Program-made: the position numbers and the translations under genes
In this document: one piece after another, positions 53,568-62,814 of the stretch
How positions within the stretch are numbered: the stretch's first letter is position 1
Layout of the letters: every line of letters begins with the position of its first letter
Notes under the pieces: generated by a model
Told to the model about the DNA's origin: nothing
Database searches by the model: none
Seen by the model: the letters and a program-made list of their open reading frames with translations, nothing else
DNA from: Thermoleophilia bacterium
GTDB lineage: Bacteria; Actinomycetota; Thermoleophilia; Gaiellales; JAICJC01
Reading direction: 5' to 3'
Assembly (NCBI GenBank): GCA_025934255.1
Contig: JAICYJ010000010.1
Location: 6,379 to 70,378, forward strand
Length of the DNA stretch: 64,000 nucleotides

Positions 53568-55439
53568 TCAGGTTACCCGGTTTTTGCCCTCGCGCTTGCT
53601 TGCGTAGAGGGCGTTGTCGGCAGCCGCGATCAGATCGAGCTGGGTCTGGTCGAGGTCCGGACCGGAGGCCACGCCGAAGCTGGCCGTGACCGCGATCTCG
53701 TCCTCGCCGCCGAAGCTGACCAGCCGCTCGGCGATGGCCGCGCGCAGCCGCTCCGCCAGGTTGACGGCACCCTCGTGGTCGGTCTGTGGCAGCAGCACGG
53801 CGAACTCCTCGCCACCGTAGCGCGCGGCCAGGTCGATGTCGCGGATGTGGCCCGAGATGGCCATCGCCACCGACCGCAGCACCGCGTCGCCGGCGAGGTG
53901 CTTCATGGGATGCGTGTCGTTGACCCGCTTGAAGTCGTCGATGTCGAGCATCACCAGCGACAGCGGGGTGCCGAACCGGTGGGCGCGCTCGAACTCGCGG
54001 CCCAGCACCTCGTAGAACTGGCGCCGGTTCGCCAGCCCGGTCAGGTCGTCGGTGATCGCCTGCTGCTCGACCGCCCGGTGCAGCCTTGCGTTCTCGATCG
54101 CCACGCCGGCCTGCACGGCCAGGCCGGACAGCGTCTCGACGTCGTCGGGGCCGAACACGCCGCCCTCGGCATCCACCACCGTGAAGCAGCCGAGCAGCGC
54201 GCGCTCGCGCACGATCGGCACGGCCAGCAGCGCCCGCGGCGACGCCGACGACCGCGGCTCCTGGGCCTGCAGCGCCTCGCCCTCGATGCCGCGGCCGATC
54301 TGCACCACCATCGGCAGGTCGGTGCGCGAGCCGCGAGCCGTGCCCAGCCGCACCTGCTCGGTGGCCTCGCCGTTCTGGGTGTCGTACAGCAACAGGCGCC
54401 CGCCGCGGGCCTTGGTGGCCTGCACCGCCAGCTCAAGCACCCCGCCCAGCAGCACCCGCAGATCATGCGTGGCGGCCAGGGTCTCGCCGTACCTGGCCAC
54501 GGTCGTCTTGAGCCGGGCGCGCTCACCCTCCAGCTCGGTCATGCGGTGCGTCAGCTCGCTGGACATGGTGTCCAGCGCCACGTTCAGCTCCTCCAGCTCG
54601 TCGCCGTGGCGGGGAGGAAGCGGCGTCTGCAGTCGCACCAGCGCCAGCGCCCGCTGCGAGAGCTGGCTGAGCGCGCGCGAGATGCGGTCGGCGGCGAGCA
54701 GCGCCAGCGCGGCCACCAGTCCCGCCAGCAGCGCCAGCGGCACCAGCAGCTTCAGCCGCAGCGCGTCGATGCGATCGCTGATGCGGCCGGTCGGGTAGTT
54801 CGCGACCATCTCCGTAAGCGCCCGCCCCGGCCCCCCCACGCGCACGACCTGGGCGCGCACATCGGCGTCGCCGATCGATCCGTCGCTGGCCGCCTGCCCA
54901 GGCGCGAAGCCGCTGAGGTCGCCGCTGAGGCCGTCGGGGCTGGCGATCACGTGGCCGCCGCTGGCCAGCGCCAGGTCGACGCCGTCGGGCAGCGGGCTCT
55001 GGGCTGCTACCCGCAGCAGCAGCTCGTCGTTGAGCGGCATCGAGACGATCACGTGCCGGCCGTCGATGTGGGGGACCAGCTCGGCGCTGGCCTGCCAGAC
55101 CTGACCTTCCGGCACCGAGCCCGCGAACGTGCCCTTGTCGTCGGCCAGAGCCACGGTGTAGCCCGGCGGAACGGACGACAGGTCGAGCTGCGACGCATCC
55201 CGGTCGCGGAAGGCCCTGGCCACGTCCGGCCGCGACGCGAGCTGCACGGCCACGGTCTGGGCGACGACCTGCTGGGCGCGGTAGGCGGCGGCCGCTCCGG
55301 CGGCGCCGATCGACAGCTTCGCGTCGACGCTGCGGACGGTGTCGCGCGTCAGAAGCGCCTGAACGATCAGACCGGCGCCGATCAGCGGCACCAGCGCCAG
55401 CCCGACCAGGACGATGGACAGCTTGTGGCGAAAGCGCAC
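53568..55439 (-). CDS. Membrane sensor diguanylate cyclase (TM, extracytoplasmic domain, TM, HAMP-like, GAF, GGDEF)
   Basis: RYGGEEFAVLL active site and a GAF-like segment (…GGRLLLYD…LLAVPIV…). The start was chosen at GTG 55439, immediately before the first TM segment. Confidence 0.8.
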   Translation of the reverse strand: MRFRHKLSIVLVGLALVPLIGAGLIVQALLTRDTVRSVDAKLSIGAAGAAAAYRAQQVVAQTVAVQLASRPDVARAFRDRDASQLDLSSVPPGYTVALADDKGTFAGSVPEGQVWQASAELVPHIDGRHVIVSMPLNDELLLRVAAQSPLPDGVDLALASGGHVIASPDGLSGDLSGFAPGQAASDGSIGDADVRAQVVRVGGPGRALTEMVANYPTGRISDRIDALRLKLLVPLALLAGLVAALALLAADRISRALSQLSQRALALVRLQTPLPPRHGDELEELNVALDTMSSELTHRMTELEGERARLKTTVARYGETLAATHDLRVLLGGVLELAVQATKARGGRLLLYDTQNGEATEQVRLGTARGSRTDLPMVVQIGRGIEGEALQAQEPRSSASPRALLAVPIVRERALLGCFTVVDAEGGVFGPDDVETLSGLAVQAGVAIENARLHRAVEQQAITDDLTGLANRRQFYEVLGREFERAHRFGTPLSLVMLDIDDFKRVNDTHPMKHLAGDAVLRSVAMAISGHIRDIDLAARYGGEEFAVLLPQTDHEGAVNLAERLRAAIAERLVSFGGEDEIAVTASFGVASGPDLDQTQLDLIAAADNALYASKREGKNRVT

Positions 55440-55473
55440 GCTTTCAGTGACCCCTTCCCAGACCCAGTCTCGG

Positions 55474-55479
55474 ATTATA
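55474..55479 (-). promoter_or_regulatory. Perfect TATAAT -10 hexamer ~35 nt upstream of the GGDEF sensor start
   Basis: The minus strand reads cgTATAATcc. There is no convincing -35 element. Confidence 0.3.
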
Positions 55480-55533
55480 CGAACGGGCGGCCCGCCGCGA
55501 GCACCCCAAAAGGGGGACACGGGCTCGCAATTT

Positions 55534-56517
55534 TCAGTAGGCGGCCAGGTCCCGCGCCGCCGAGAGAATGTCCTCTTCGAGCGGCAGGTACTCGCGCTCC
55601 AGCGGGGGCGCGAACGGGATCGGCGTGTCCAGCGCAGCCACCCGCCGAACCGGTGCATCCAGGTACTCGAACGCGTCCTGCGCTATCACGGCGGCCACCT
55701 CGCCGCCGAATCCGCCGGTCAGGTTGTCCTCGTGCACGATCAGCGTCTTGCCGGTCTTGCGCACCGAGTCCAGCACCGCGTCGCGATCGAACGGGACCAG
55801 CGTCCGCAGGTCGATCACCTCGACCGAGAGGTCCTCCTGCTCGAGCGTGTCGGCCACGGCCAGCGCCAGCTGCACGGTGGAGGCGTAGGTGATGATGGAC
55901 AGGTCGCTGCCCTCGCGCACGACGTCGGCCTTGCCCAGCGGCACCAGCACGCCGTCCCGCGGTCCGGTGGCGACCTGCTGCTTGACGCGGCGGTAGAGGA
56001 ACTTGTGCTCGCAGAACACGACCGGGTTGGGGTCGCGGATCGCGGACCGCAGCAACCCGTAGGCATCGGTCGCGGTCGCCGGGCACACGATCTTGAGGCC
56101 GGCGTGATGGTGGAACCACGCCTCCACGTTCTCGGAGTGGTACGGGCCGCCGCCGACCCCGCCGCCGTTGGGGCAGCGCACGACCAGCGGCACCGCCCAG
56201 CCGATGCGGTAGTGCATCTTCGCGGCGCATGTGATCAACTGGTCGTACGCGCACGAGACGAAGTCGGCGAACTGCATCTCGGCGATCGGCCGCTGCCCGG
56301 CCATGGCCGCACCCACGGCGACGCCCACGATGCCGGACTCGGCCACCGGGGTGTCGATGGAGCGCAGCTCGCCGAATCGCTGCTGCAGCTCCTTGGTGGC
56401 CCCGAACGCGCCGCCCTGGCGGCCGACGTCCTCGCCCATCACGAACACCCGCTCGTCGATCTCCATCTCGTCGTGCATCGCCGCCCGGATCGCCTCCAGG
56501 TACGTCATCTCAGGCAT
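55534..56517 (-). CDS. 2-oxoacid (pyruvate/branched-chain) dehydrogenase E1 beta subunit
   Basis: MPEMTYLEAIRAAMHDEM…VFVMGEDVG..GGAFGATKEL…IDTP..E.GIVG. The start overlaps the E1 alpha stop. Confidence 0.85.
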   Translation of the reverse strand: MPEMTYLEAIRAAMHDEMEIDERVFVMGEDVGRQGGAFGATKELQQRFGELRSIDTPVAESGIVGVAVGAAMAGQRPIAEMQFADFVSCAYDQLITCAAKMHYRIGWAVPLVVRCPNGGGVGGGPYHSENVEAWFHHHAGLKIVCPATATDAYGLLRSAIRDPNPVVFCEHKFLYRRVKQQVATGPRDGVLVPLGKADVVREGSDLSIITYASTVQLALAVADTLEQEDLSVEVIDLRTLVPFDRDAVLDSVRKTGKTLIVHEDNLTGGFGGEVAAVIAQDAFEYLDAPVRRVAALDTPIPFAPPLEREYLPLEEDILSAARDLAAY

Positions 56518-57550
56518 CGGTGTCAGCCTCCGCGAACACCCCAAGATGCGCCTCCGAGGGGTCCGCGAACCCGTCGTCGTCAGCCCGCTCGACCGCCTCG
56601 TGCACCTCGTCCTTGACCTTCGTGCGGATGCCCTCGAGCTTGGCCTCGTCGATCGTCCGCTCCTCGCGCAGCGCCTGCTCGAGGCGCTTCAGCGGATCCT
56701 TGTCCGACCACTCGGCCAGAAGCTCCATCGGCATGTAGCTCTCGTACTTGTCGTGGGCAGCGTGGCCGGCCATGCGGTAGGTCTTGCACTCGATGAAGCG
56801 CGGGCCACGGCCGGCGCGACAGTGCGCCACCGCCTCGCTCATGGCCGAGTACACCGCCAGCACGTCGTTGCCGTCGACCTCGATCGCGGGGATGCCGTAT
56901 CCGAGCGCCTTCTTGTACAGGTCCGTGACCTTCGTCTGCTTGCTGATCGGCGTCGTGTAGGCCCAACGGTTGTTCTCGGCCACGAACACCGCGGGCACCT
57001 CCAGCACGGCCGCGATGTTCAGTCCCTCGTGGAAGTCGCCGCGAGAGGTGGCGCCGTCGCCGAAGGACGTGACGGCCACGCGATCCTCTCCGCGCTGCTT
57101 GTAGGCCAGCGCCGCACCCACGGTGAGCGGGATCATGTCGGCCATGTGCGAGACCTGGCAGGGGATGTTCCACTCGTAGCCGCCGATGTGCAGGTTGCCG
57201 TCCTTGCCGCGTGTGGTGGAGCCGGCCTTGCCCATGAACTGCGCGAACATGCGCCACACCGGCACGCCGTGCACCAGGTAGGAGCCGAGGTCGCGGATCC
57301 ACGGCGACAGCCAGTCGCCGTCGGCACCCCTGCGAAGCGGCGCCGCCATGCCCACCGAGATCGCCTCCTGGCCGCGGCCGGTGTAGTAGCTGCCGGGCAG
57401 CTTGCCCTGCCGGTATAGGTTCAGCGCGCGCTCCTCGGTGGCGCGTGTCAGCACCATCCAGTAGTAGAGATTCAGCGCCTCCTCGTCCGATATGCGGGGC
57501 GCGGGAGCGGGCTCGGGGACGGCGGAGATGTTTCGTGCGGGGGTGCTCAT
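56510..57550 (-). CDS. 2-oxoacid dehydrogenase E1 alpha subunit (TPP-dependent)
   Basis: …MVLTRATEERALNLYRQGK… and the TPP-binding …FGDGATSRGDFHEGLN.A…. 346 aa. Confidence 0.85.
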   Translation of the reverse strand: MSTPARNISAVPEPAPAPRISDEEALNLYYWMVLTRATEERALNLYRQGKLPGSYYTGRGQEAISVGMAAPLRRGADGDWLSPWIRDLGSYLVHGVPVWRMFAQFMGKAGSTTRGKDGNLHIGGYEWNIPCQVSHMADMIPLTVGAALAYKQRGEDRVAVTSFGDGATSRGDFHEGLNIAAVLEVPAVFVAENNRWAYTTPISKQTKVTDLYKKALGYGIPAIEVDGNDVLAVYSAMSEAVAHCRAGRGPRFIECKTYRMAGHAAHDKYESYMPMELLAEWSDKDPLKRLEQALREERTIDEAKLEGIRTKVKDEVHEAVERADDDGFADPSEAHLGVFAEADTDA

Positions 57551-57752
57551 CGGTTCAGGCGAGGTCCTCGTGTGGGGAGCGCGGACGGGTCAATGGGCTT
57601 ATCGGCCATTTCCGGCGATACGCTTTAGACGGAACCTCGCGGGTCGGCAGATGCCCAACACGACGGGCCTGATACTAGCCTCGACCGCGGCCGTGGACTG
57701 TCAGCTAAACCCGGCCTTAACCCGCGGGATCAGCTACACGAGCGGCGGCGAG

Positions 57753-57953
57753 TCATGCCCGGCGGTCGCGCACGCGACGCCGATCGGTGCGGGATTCATG
57801 GACGCCGACCTTGACGGGTGGCGCGCCGTGTTCCCCGACGATCCCGGCCGCCAGCGCGGCCGCATGGGCCGCCTGCTGCCGCGTCGGATAGTCACCAGCG
57901 TCACGCTCTGGCTGGCCGTTGTACTTGACGCTCACGGTGAACACACGCACCAC
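57753..57953 (-). CDS. Possible small protein (~63-66 aa) in a poorly coding region
   Basis: AGGGAG is followed by three in-frame GTGs. …FTVSVKYNGQPERDAGDYPTRQQAAHAAALAAGIVGEHGAPPVKVGVHE… looks protein-like. No family was recognised. Confidence 0.3.
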   Translation of the reverse strand: MVRVFTVSVKYNGQPERDAGDYPTRQQAAHAAALAAGIVGEHGAPPVKVGVHESRTDRRRVRDRRA

Positions 57954-58231
57954 GCTCCCTGCGGTTAGGTCGCGCGGAAGCCACGCGCGGGTTATCGGGT
58001 ACTAAGAGGACGCGGCAACCGTTGCTTTTCTTCCACCCTACGTTCGCGGCGGGAAAAGCCAGGCCAGGAGGCGCTCGGCGATCGATGGTGCTGACGCCGC
58101 ATGGGCGCGTGGCCGGGTGTGTCCGTGCGAAGGGTGGGCCAGCAGCGAGCGGAACGAAGCCATTCCGCGAGCATACAACCGGCCGGCGACGAACCCTCGA
58201 CTGCACGGGATGTCATACTCCATCGACCGCA

Positions 58232-58396
58232 ATGCCTCCCCCTCCCGCCTCCTCGATCGATGAGATCCGCCGCAAGGTCGTCAAGGAACTGGTCGACCTC
58301 GATGTGGCGTTTGCACGCAGGCGGTTGACGCGCCGGCAGCGATTCGCACGGGGACTGCGGCGGCGAACTGCCGCCATCCGGCGCTTCGGTCGCTAG
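58232..58396 (+). CDS. Possible 54-aa basic helical protein
   Basis: MPPPPASSIDEIRRKVVKELVDLDVAFARRRLTRRQRFARGLRRRTAAIRRFGR. TGtCATACT lies 12 nt upstream. GC3 bias is only moderate. Confidence 0.2.
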   Translation: MPPPPASSIDEIRRKVVKELVDLDVAFARRRLTRRQRFARGLRRRTAAIRRFGR

Positions 58397-58469
58397 CCGG
58401 CCACGCGAGCGTGACGGCTGGCCGGAGACCGGATCGTGCGGCGGGGAGCTTTCGGTAGGCTGCCCGCCG

Positions 58470-59906
58470 ATGACGCTGGTGACTCTGATACCGGGCGACG
58501 GAATCGGCCCCGAGGTGGTCGACTCGGCCCGCCGGATCGTCGACGCCAGCGGCGCGCCGATCGAGTGGGAGCCGCGCCAGGCCGGCGCCGAGGTGTTCAA
58601 GCAGGGCCTGCCGACGGGCGTCCCGCAGGACACGATCGACTCGATCAGCCGCTCGCGGGTGGTGCTCAAGGGCCCGCTGGAGACGCCGGTCGGCTTCGGC
58701 GAGAAGAGCGCCAACGTCACGCTGCGCAAGCTGTTCGAGACCTACGCCAACATCCGCCCGGCACGTGAGTTCCCGGGCGTCGTCACGCCCTACTCCGGCC
58801 GCGGCATCGACCTGGTCGTGGTCCGCGAGAACGTCGAGGACCTCTACGCCGGCATCGAGCACATGCAGACGCCGGGGGTCGCCCAGTGCCTGAAGGTGAT
58901 CTCCCGCAAGGGCTGCGAGAAGATAGTGCGGCTGGCGTTCGAGTTCGCGCGGGCCGAGGGCCGCTCCAGCGTCGCCTGTGCGACCAAGTCGAACATCATG
59001 AAGCTGACCGAGGGCCTGCTCAAGCGCACGTTCGAGGAGATCGCGCCCGAGTACCCCGAGATCGAGTCCTGGCACGTGATCGTCGACAACTGCGCGCACC
59101 AGCTGGTCAAGCGCCCGGAGCAGTTCGACGTGATCGTGACCACCAACATGAACGGCGACATCCTCAGCGACCTCACCTCCGCCCTGGTCGGCGGCCTCGG
59201 CTTCGCGCCCTCGGCGAACCTTGGCAGCGACGTCGCGATCTTCGAGGCGGTGCACGGATCGGCACCCAAGTACGCCGGCAAGAACACGATCAACCCGACC
59301 GCCATGATCGGCGCGGCGGTGATGATGCTCCGCCACCTGAACCTGTTCGACCAGGCCGCCGCGATCGAGAACGCGCTGCTCTGCACGCTCGAACAGGGCA
59401 CGCTCACCCGTGACGTCGTCGGCGACGCGGGCGCAGCATCAACCACCGCGTTCACGGATGCCATCATCGCCAACCTGGGCAACGAGTCGGCGTCCTGGCC
59501 GGCTCGCTCCTATCGGCCGCTGAAGATGCCCGAGATCACGCGCGACCCCGTGATGGTGCGCCCGGCGGTGCGCCGCGTGGCCGGCCTGGACGTGTTCGTC
59601 GAGTTCGGCGGCACGCCGGACGAGCTCGGTACCTCGATGCAGCGGCTGGTCGAGAGCAGCCCGGTCGAGCTGAAGATCGTCGACAACCGCGGCACCCGCG
59701 TGTTCCCCGCCACCGGCACTCCCACCGATTGCGTGGACGCCTGGCGCTGCCGCTTCGTCATGCGCGACTCGGCGGCCGGCCTGTCCGACGCCGACCTCCT
59801 GACGCTGCTCTCGCGCCTGGCCGAGGAGCACCGCTTCACGCACATCGAGAAGCTGCACGAGTTCGACGGCGTCCAGGCCTACAGCAAGGCTCAGGGCGAA
59901 GACTGA
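58470..59906 (+). CDS. IDH3-like NAD(P)-dependent isocitrate dehydrogenase (isocitrate/isopropylmalate dehydrogenase family) with a ~140-aa C-terminal extension
   Basis: …LIPGDGIGPEV…, SANVTLRKLFETYANIRP, NMNGDILSD, FEAVHGSAPKYAGK..INP.A.I.AAVMMLRH. TAGGCT (58456-58461) sits 8 nt before the ATG. Confidence 0.85.
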   Translation: MTLVTLIPGDGIGPEVVDSARRIVDASGAPIEWEPRQAGAEVFKQGLPTGVPQDTIDSISRSRVVLKGPLETPVGFGEKSANVTLRKLFETYANIRPAREFPGVVTPYSGRGIDLVVVRENVEDLYAGIEHMQTPGVAQCLKVISRKGCEKIVRLAFEFARAEGRSSVACATKSNIMKLTEGLLKRTFEEIAPEYPEIESWHVIVDNCAHQLVKRPEQFDVIVTTNMNGDILSDLTSALVGGLGFAPSANLGSDVAIFEAVHGSAPKYAGKNTINPTAMIGAAVMMLRHLNLFDQAAAIENALLCTLEQGTLTRDVVGDAGAASTTAFTDAIIANLGNESASWPARSYRPLKMPEITRDPVMVRPAVRRVAGLDVFVEFGGTPDELGTSMQRLVESSPVELKIVDNRGTRVFPATGTPTDCVDAWRCRFVMRDSAAGLSDADLLTLLSRLAEEHRFTHIEKLHEFDGVQAYSKAQGED

Positions 59907-59923
59907 GCGATAGACTTCGGTCG

Positions 59924-60325
59924 ATGGACGAGCTCGGCCTGGAGATCGCAGCGTCGCAGAGCGTCGCCGAGGTGATGATCAAGCGACCCAAGACCCTCGC
60001 CGCCGGCGCCACGGTGTCCGACGCGCGGCGGGTGTTCGAGAACCCGCGTGTGCAGGTCTGCCCGCTCGTCGAGGACGACGGCCGTCTGGTCGGTGAGCTG
60101 ACACGCGACCTCATCCCCGAGGCCGCTGACGACGCCGCCCCGGCCCGCGGCTACGCCGGCGACCGCCCGCCCACCATCTCACCGCACGCCAGCATGGGCC
60201 AGGCCATGGAGCGTCTCGAGCAGCTGGGCAGCGAGCGCCTGGCCGTGATCGACGACGACGGCCGCCTCACCGGCCTGCTGTGCCTGAACCGGCGGCACGG
60301 TCGATTCTGCGTCGATCCCCGCTGA
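59924..60325 (+). CDS. CBS-domain pair protein
   Basis: …VAEVMIKRPKTL…VCPLVEDDGRLVGELT… and …RLAVIDDDGRLTGLL…. TAGACT (59911-59916) sits 7 nt before the ATG. Confidence 0.7.
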   Translation: MDELGLEIAASQSVAEVMIKRPKTLAAGATVSDARRVFENPRVQVCPLVEDDGRLVGELTRDLIPEAADDAAPARGYAGDRPPTISPHASMGQAMERLEQLGSERLAVIDDDGRLTGLLCLNRRHGRFCVDPR

Positions 60326-60343
60326 CCCCGTAGACTGAAGCCG

Positions 60344-61150
60344 GTGCTGACCCCGGATCTGATCGAGGACTTCCGTCGCGACGGCGCCGTGCGGGTGCGC
60401 GGCGCCTTCACCCCCGACGAGGTGGCGCTGGTCGAGCGCGGCATCGAGCGCAACCTGGCCGAGCCCAGCGAGCGGGCGCTCGTTGCCAGTCGCGACGACG
60501 ACGCCGGCCGCTTCGTTGAGGACTTCTGCAACTGGCAGCGGATACCCGAGTACGAGCAGTTCGTCCGCAGCTCGCAGGCCGCCTCGATCGCGGGGCAGCT
60601 GATGGGCACCGGACAGGTTCGCCTGTACCACGACCACATGCTGGTGAAGGAACCGGGCACGCGGCAGCGCACGCCCTGGCACCAGGACCAGCCGTACTAC
60701 AACATCGCCGGCTCGCAGACGTGCTCCCTGTGGATGCCGGTCGATCCCGTCAGCAGGGAATCGACGCTCGAGTTCGTCGCCGGATCGCACCTGGGGCCGT
60801 GGCTGATGCCGCGCACGTTCATGGACAGCCAGGCACGCTGGTTCCCGGAGGGCAGCCTGCAGGACCTGCCCGACATCGAGGCCGACCGGGACGCCTTCCC
60901 GATCGTGGGCTGGGAGCTCGAGCCGGGCGACGGCGTGTTCTTCCACATGCTGGCGCTGCACGCCGCCGGCGGGGTCGGCGGCGACCGCCGCCGCCGCGCC
61001 TTCTCGGTGCGCTTCATGGGCGACGACGTCGTGCACGCGCCGAGGGCCTGGCGGACGTCGCCGGAGTTCCCCGGCCTGACCGAGCAGCTGCCGGAGGGCG
61101 CGGGGATGGAAACGCCCCTGTTCCCCGTGCTCTGGAACAACCCCGGCTAA
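60344..61150 (+). CDS. Phytanoyl-CoA dioxygenase (PhyH) family Fe(II)/2-oxoglutarate oxygenase
   Basis: …TPWHQDQPYY… (HxD), plus …GDGVFFHMLALHAA… with a distal His. TAGACT (60331-60336) sits 7 nt before GTG 60344. Confidence 0.75.
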   Translation: MLTPDLIEDFRRDGAVRVRGAFTPDEVALVERGIERNLAEPSERALVASRDDDAGRFVEDFCNWQRIPEYEQFVRSSQAASIAGQLMGTGQVRLYHDHMLVKEPGTRQRTPWHQDQPYYNIAGSQTCSLWMPVDPVSRESTLEFVAGSHLGPWLMPRTFMDSQARWFPEGSLQDLPDIEADRDAFPIVGWELEPGDGVFFHMLALHAAGGVGGDRRRRAFSVRFMGDDVVHAPRAWRTSPEFPGLTEQLPEGAGMETPLFPVLWNNPG

Positions 61151-62277
61151 GCGCTGGTGAACTTGTTCCAGATGGCGACGCGCTTGTTGAGGCCGTCCGG
61201 CGTCGTCTGCAGGATCTCGTAGTCGTCGAGGATGCGCTGGGGGAACACGACCAGCGGATTCTGGGCCAGCGACCCCACCATCGGATAGCTGGCCGGCGTG
61301 CCCACCTCGTACTGGTGGTACTCCATCTCCTTCGCGTTCACGGCCGGCTCGAGGATGTAGTTGATCCACGCGTGCGCCGCCACCGGATCGGGCGCGTAGG
61401 CGCTGATCGCCCAGTTGTCGATCCAGATCTCCGACTTGCCCTCGGGCGCCACCACGGTGAAGTCGCCCTTGCGCGCGGCCTTGGCCCGCAGCCCGTCGCC
61501 CGAGTAGATGATGCCCAGGTTGACGTCGCCCTTGCTGAACGGGTCGACCTCGTCGGTGTTGATGCGGTTGACGTAGGGACGCACCTTCAGCAGCAGCTGC
61601 TCGGCCTGGTTCAGCTCGCTGTCGTCCTCGGAGTTCATCGAGTAGCCGAACGAGTTCAGCGCCACGCCGATCACCTCGGCGGGCGACTCGATGAAGTTGA
61701 CCTTCACGCCCGGATCCTTGTGCGGCAGGTAGTCGAAGAAATCCTTCCACGACGCCAGGTCGGTCTTGACGATCTTCGGGTCGTAGCCGATCGCCGTGAT
61801 GCCGACGTCCTTCATCACGGAATAGACGTTGCCCGGGTCGTATACGAGCTCCGTCCAGTGCGGCGCCAGGTTCTTGAGATTCGGAATCAGGCTGTGGTCG
61901 AGCTTGGCAAGCAGTCCCAGGCTCTTCTCGATGCGCACGTGGTCGGCGTCCGGGACGATGATGTCGTACAGCTTCTGACCCTTGGTCGCCGTCAGCTTGG
62001 TGAACAGCTCCTCGTTGGAGCCGTAGTTGGTCTCCTTGACCGTGACGCCGTATTTGCTGCCGAACGCCTTCTCGTTGTTCGGATCGATGTACTGCGACCA
62101 GTTGTAGATCTGCAGCGTGCCCTCGATCTTCGCTCCGCTGGAGACGGAGAGCGCCGACGCAGTGCCGCCGCTGGAGGTGGAGCCGCCGCACGCCGCTCCG
62201 GCCAGGGCCAGAGCTCCCAGACCGAGCACCTCGCGACGATTCAGCCGCCGCCCGTCGCTGGGGTGGGACTCGTCCAT
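61147..62277 (-). CDS. PotD/PotF-family polyamine-binding lipoprotein (third copy, orphan)
   Basis: GAGGAG lies 8 nt before the ATG. Tat/lipobox signal RRLNRREVLGLGALALAGAACGG. …LQIYNWSQYIDP… is paralogous to the operon-2 SBP. Confidence 0.75.
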   Translation of the reverse strand: MDESHPSDGRRLNRREVLGLGALALAGAACGGSTSSGGTASALSVSSGAKIEGTLQIYNWSQYIDPNNEKAFGSKYGVTVKETNYGSNEELFTKLTATKGQKLYDIIVPDADHVRIEKSLGLLAKLDHSLIPNLKNLAPHWTELVYDPGNVYSVMKDVGITAIGYDPKIVKTDLASWKDFFDYLPHKDPGVKVNFIESPAEVIGVALNSFGYSMNSEDDSELNQAEQLLLKVRPYVNRINTDEVDPFSKGDVNLGIIYSGDGLRAKAARKGDFTVVAPEGKSEIWIDNWAISAYAPDPVAAHAWINYILEPAVNAKEMEYHQYEVGTPASYPMVGSLAQNPLVVFPQRILDDYEILQTTPDGLNKRVAIWNKFTSA

Positions 62278-62397
62278 GATCTCGTCTCCTCGTGAGGTCT
62301 CGCAGGTGTCGGCTGACAGTAGAGCGCCGGAGGTGACAGGTCAATCCACCCGTTTCGAACCCACACACGGGCTGTGAGATCGGGTACCGTAGCCAGT

Positions 62398-62814
62398 GTG
62401 GGTTACAGCACGCTCCTGTTCTTGCATGTGCTCGGCGCCTTCACCCTGGTCGCGTCGGTGGGCCTGTTCCTCGCCATCATGCTAGCGGTCAGGCGGCAGC
62501 CCGACACCCTGGTGGCGCAGCGGATGCTTCCGACCGCGCGCGTGCTGTGGGCGGTGGGCGGCCTGTCGGCGCTGGTGTTCGGCATCTGGCTGGCGATCCA
62601 CGTCAGCCAGTACTCGCTCACCGATGGCTGGATCCTCGGCGCGATCGTGCTGTGGGTGATCGCCTCGGCCATCGGCGGGCGCATCTCGGCGGGCTACAAG
62701 AACCTGGGTGACGGGTCGCTCGCCCAGAGCGAGGCGCTGGTGACGCATGGTCTGCTGGTGTTGTCGGTGCTGCTGCTCCTGCTCGACATGATCTACAAGC
62801 CTGGGGCCGGATGA
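62398..62814 (+). CDS. DUF2269-like integral membrane protein
   Basis: VGYSTLLFLHVLGAFTLVASVG… with 4 TM segments. TACCGT (62385-62390) sits 7 nt before GTG 62398. The ORF track extends to 62374. Confidence 0.6.
   Translation: MGYSTLLFLHVLGAFTLVASVGLFLAIMLAVRRQPDTLVAQRMLPTARVLWAVGGLSALVFGIWLAIHVSQYSLTDGWILGAIVLWVIASAIGGRISAGYKNLGDGSLAQSEALVTHGLLVLSVLLLLLDMIYKPGAG

Noticed and set aside
57960-58230. A possible structured ncRNA (tmRNA, SRP, 6S or riboswitch) in the gene-poor region upstream of the IDH gene.
   Set aside because: No diagnostic conserved motifs or convincing long helices are visible by eye, so I cannot support an RNA gene call without a covariance-model search.
62359-62403. Inverted repeat ACCCACAC…GTGTGGGT (8-bp stem, 29-nt loop) upstream of the DUF2269 gene.
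   Set aside because: The loop is large. The right arm overlaps the preferred GTG start (62398) and the loop contains the leaderless -10 (62385-62390). This is probably coincidental.
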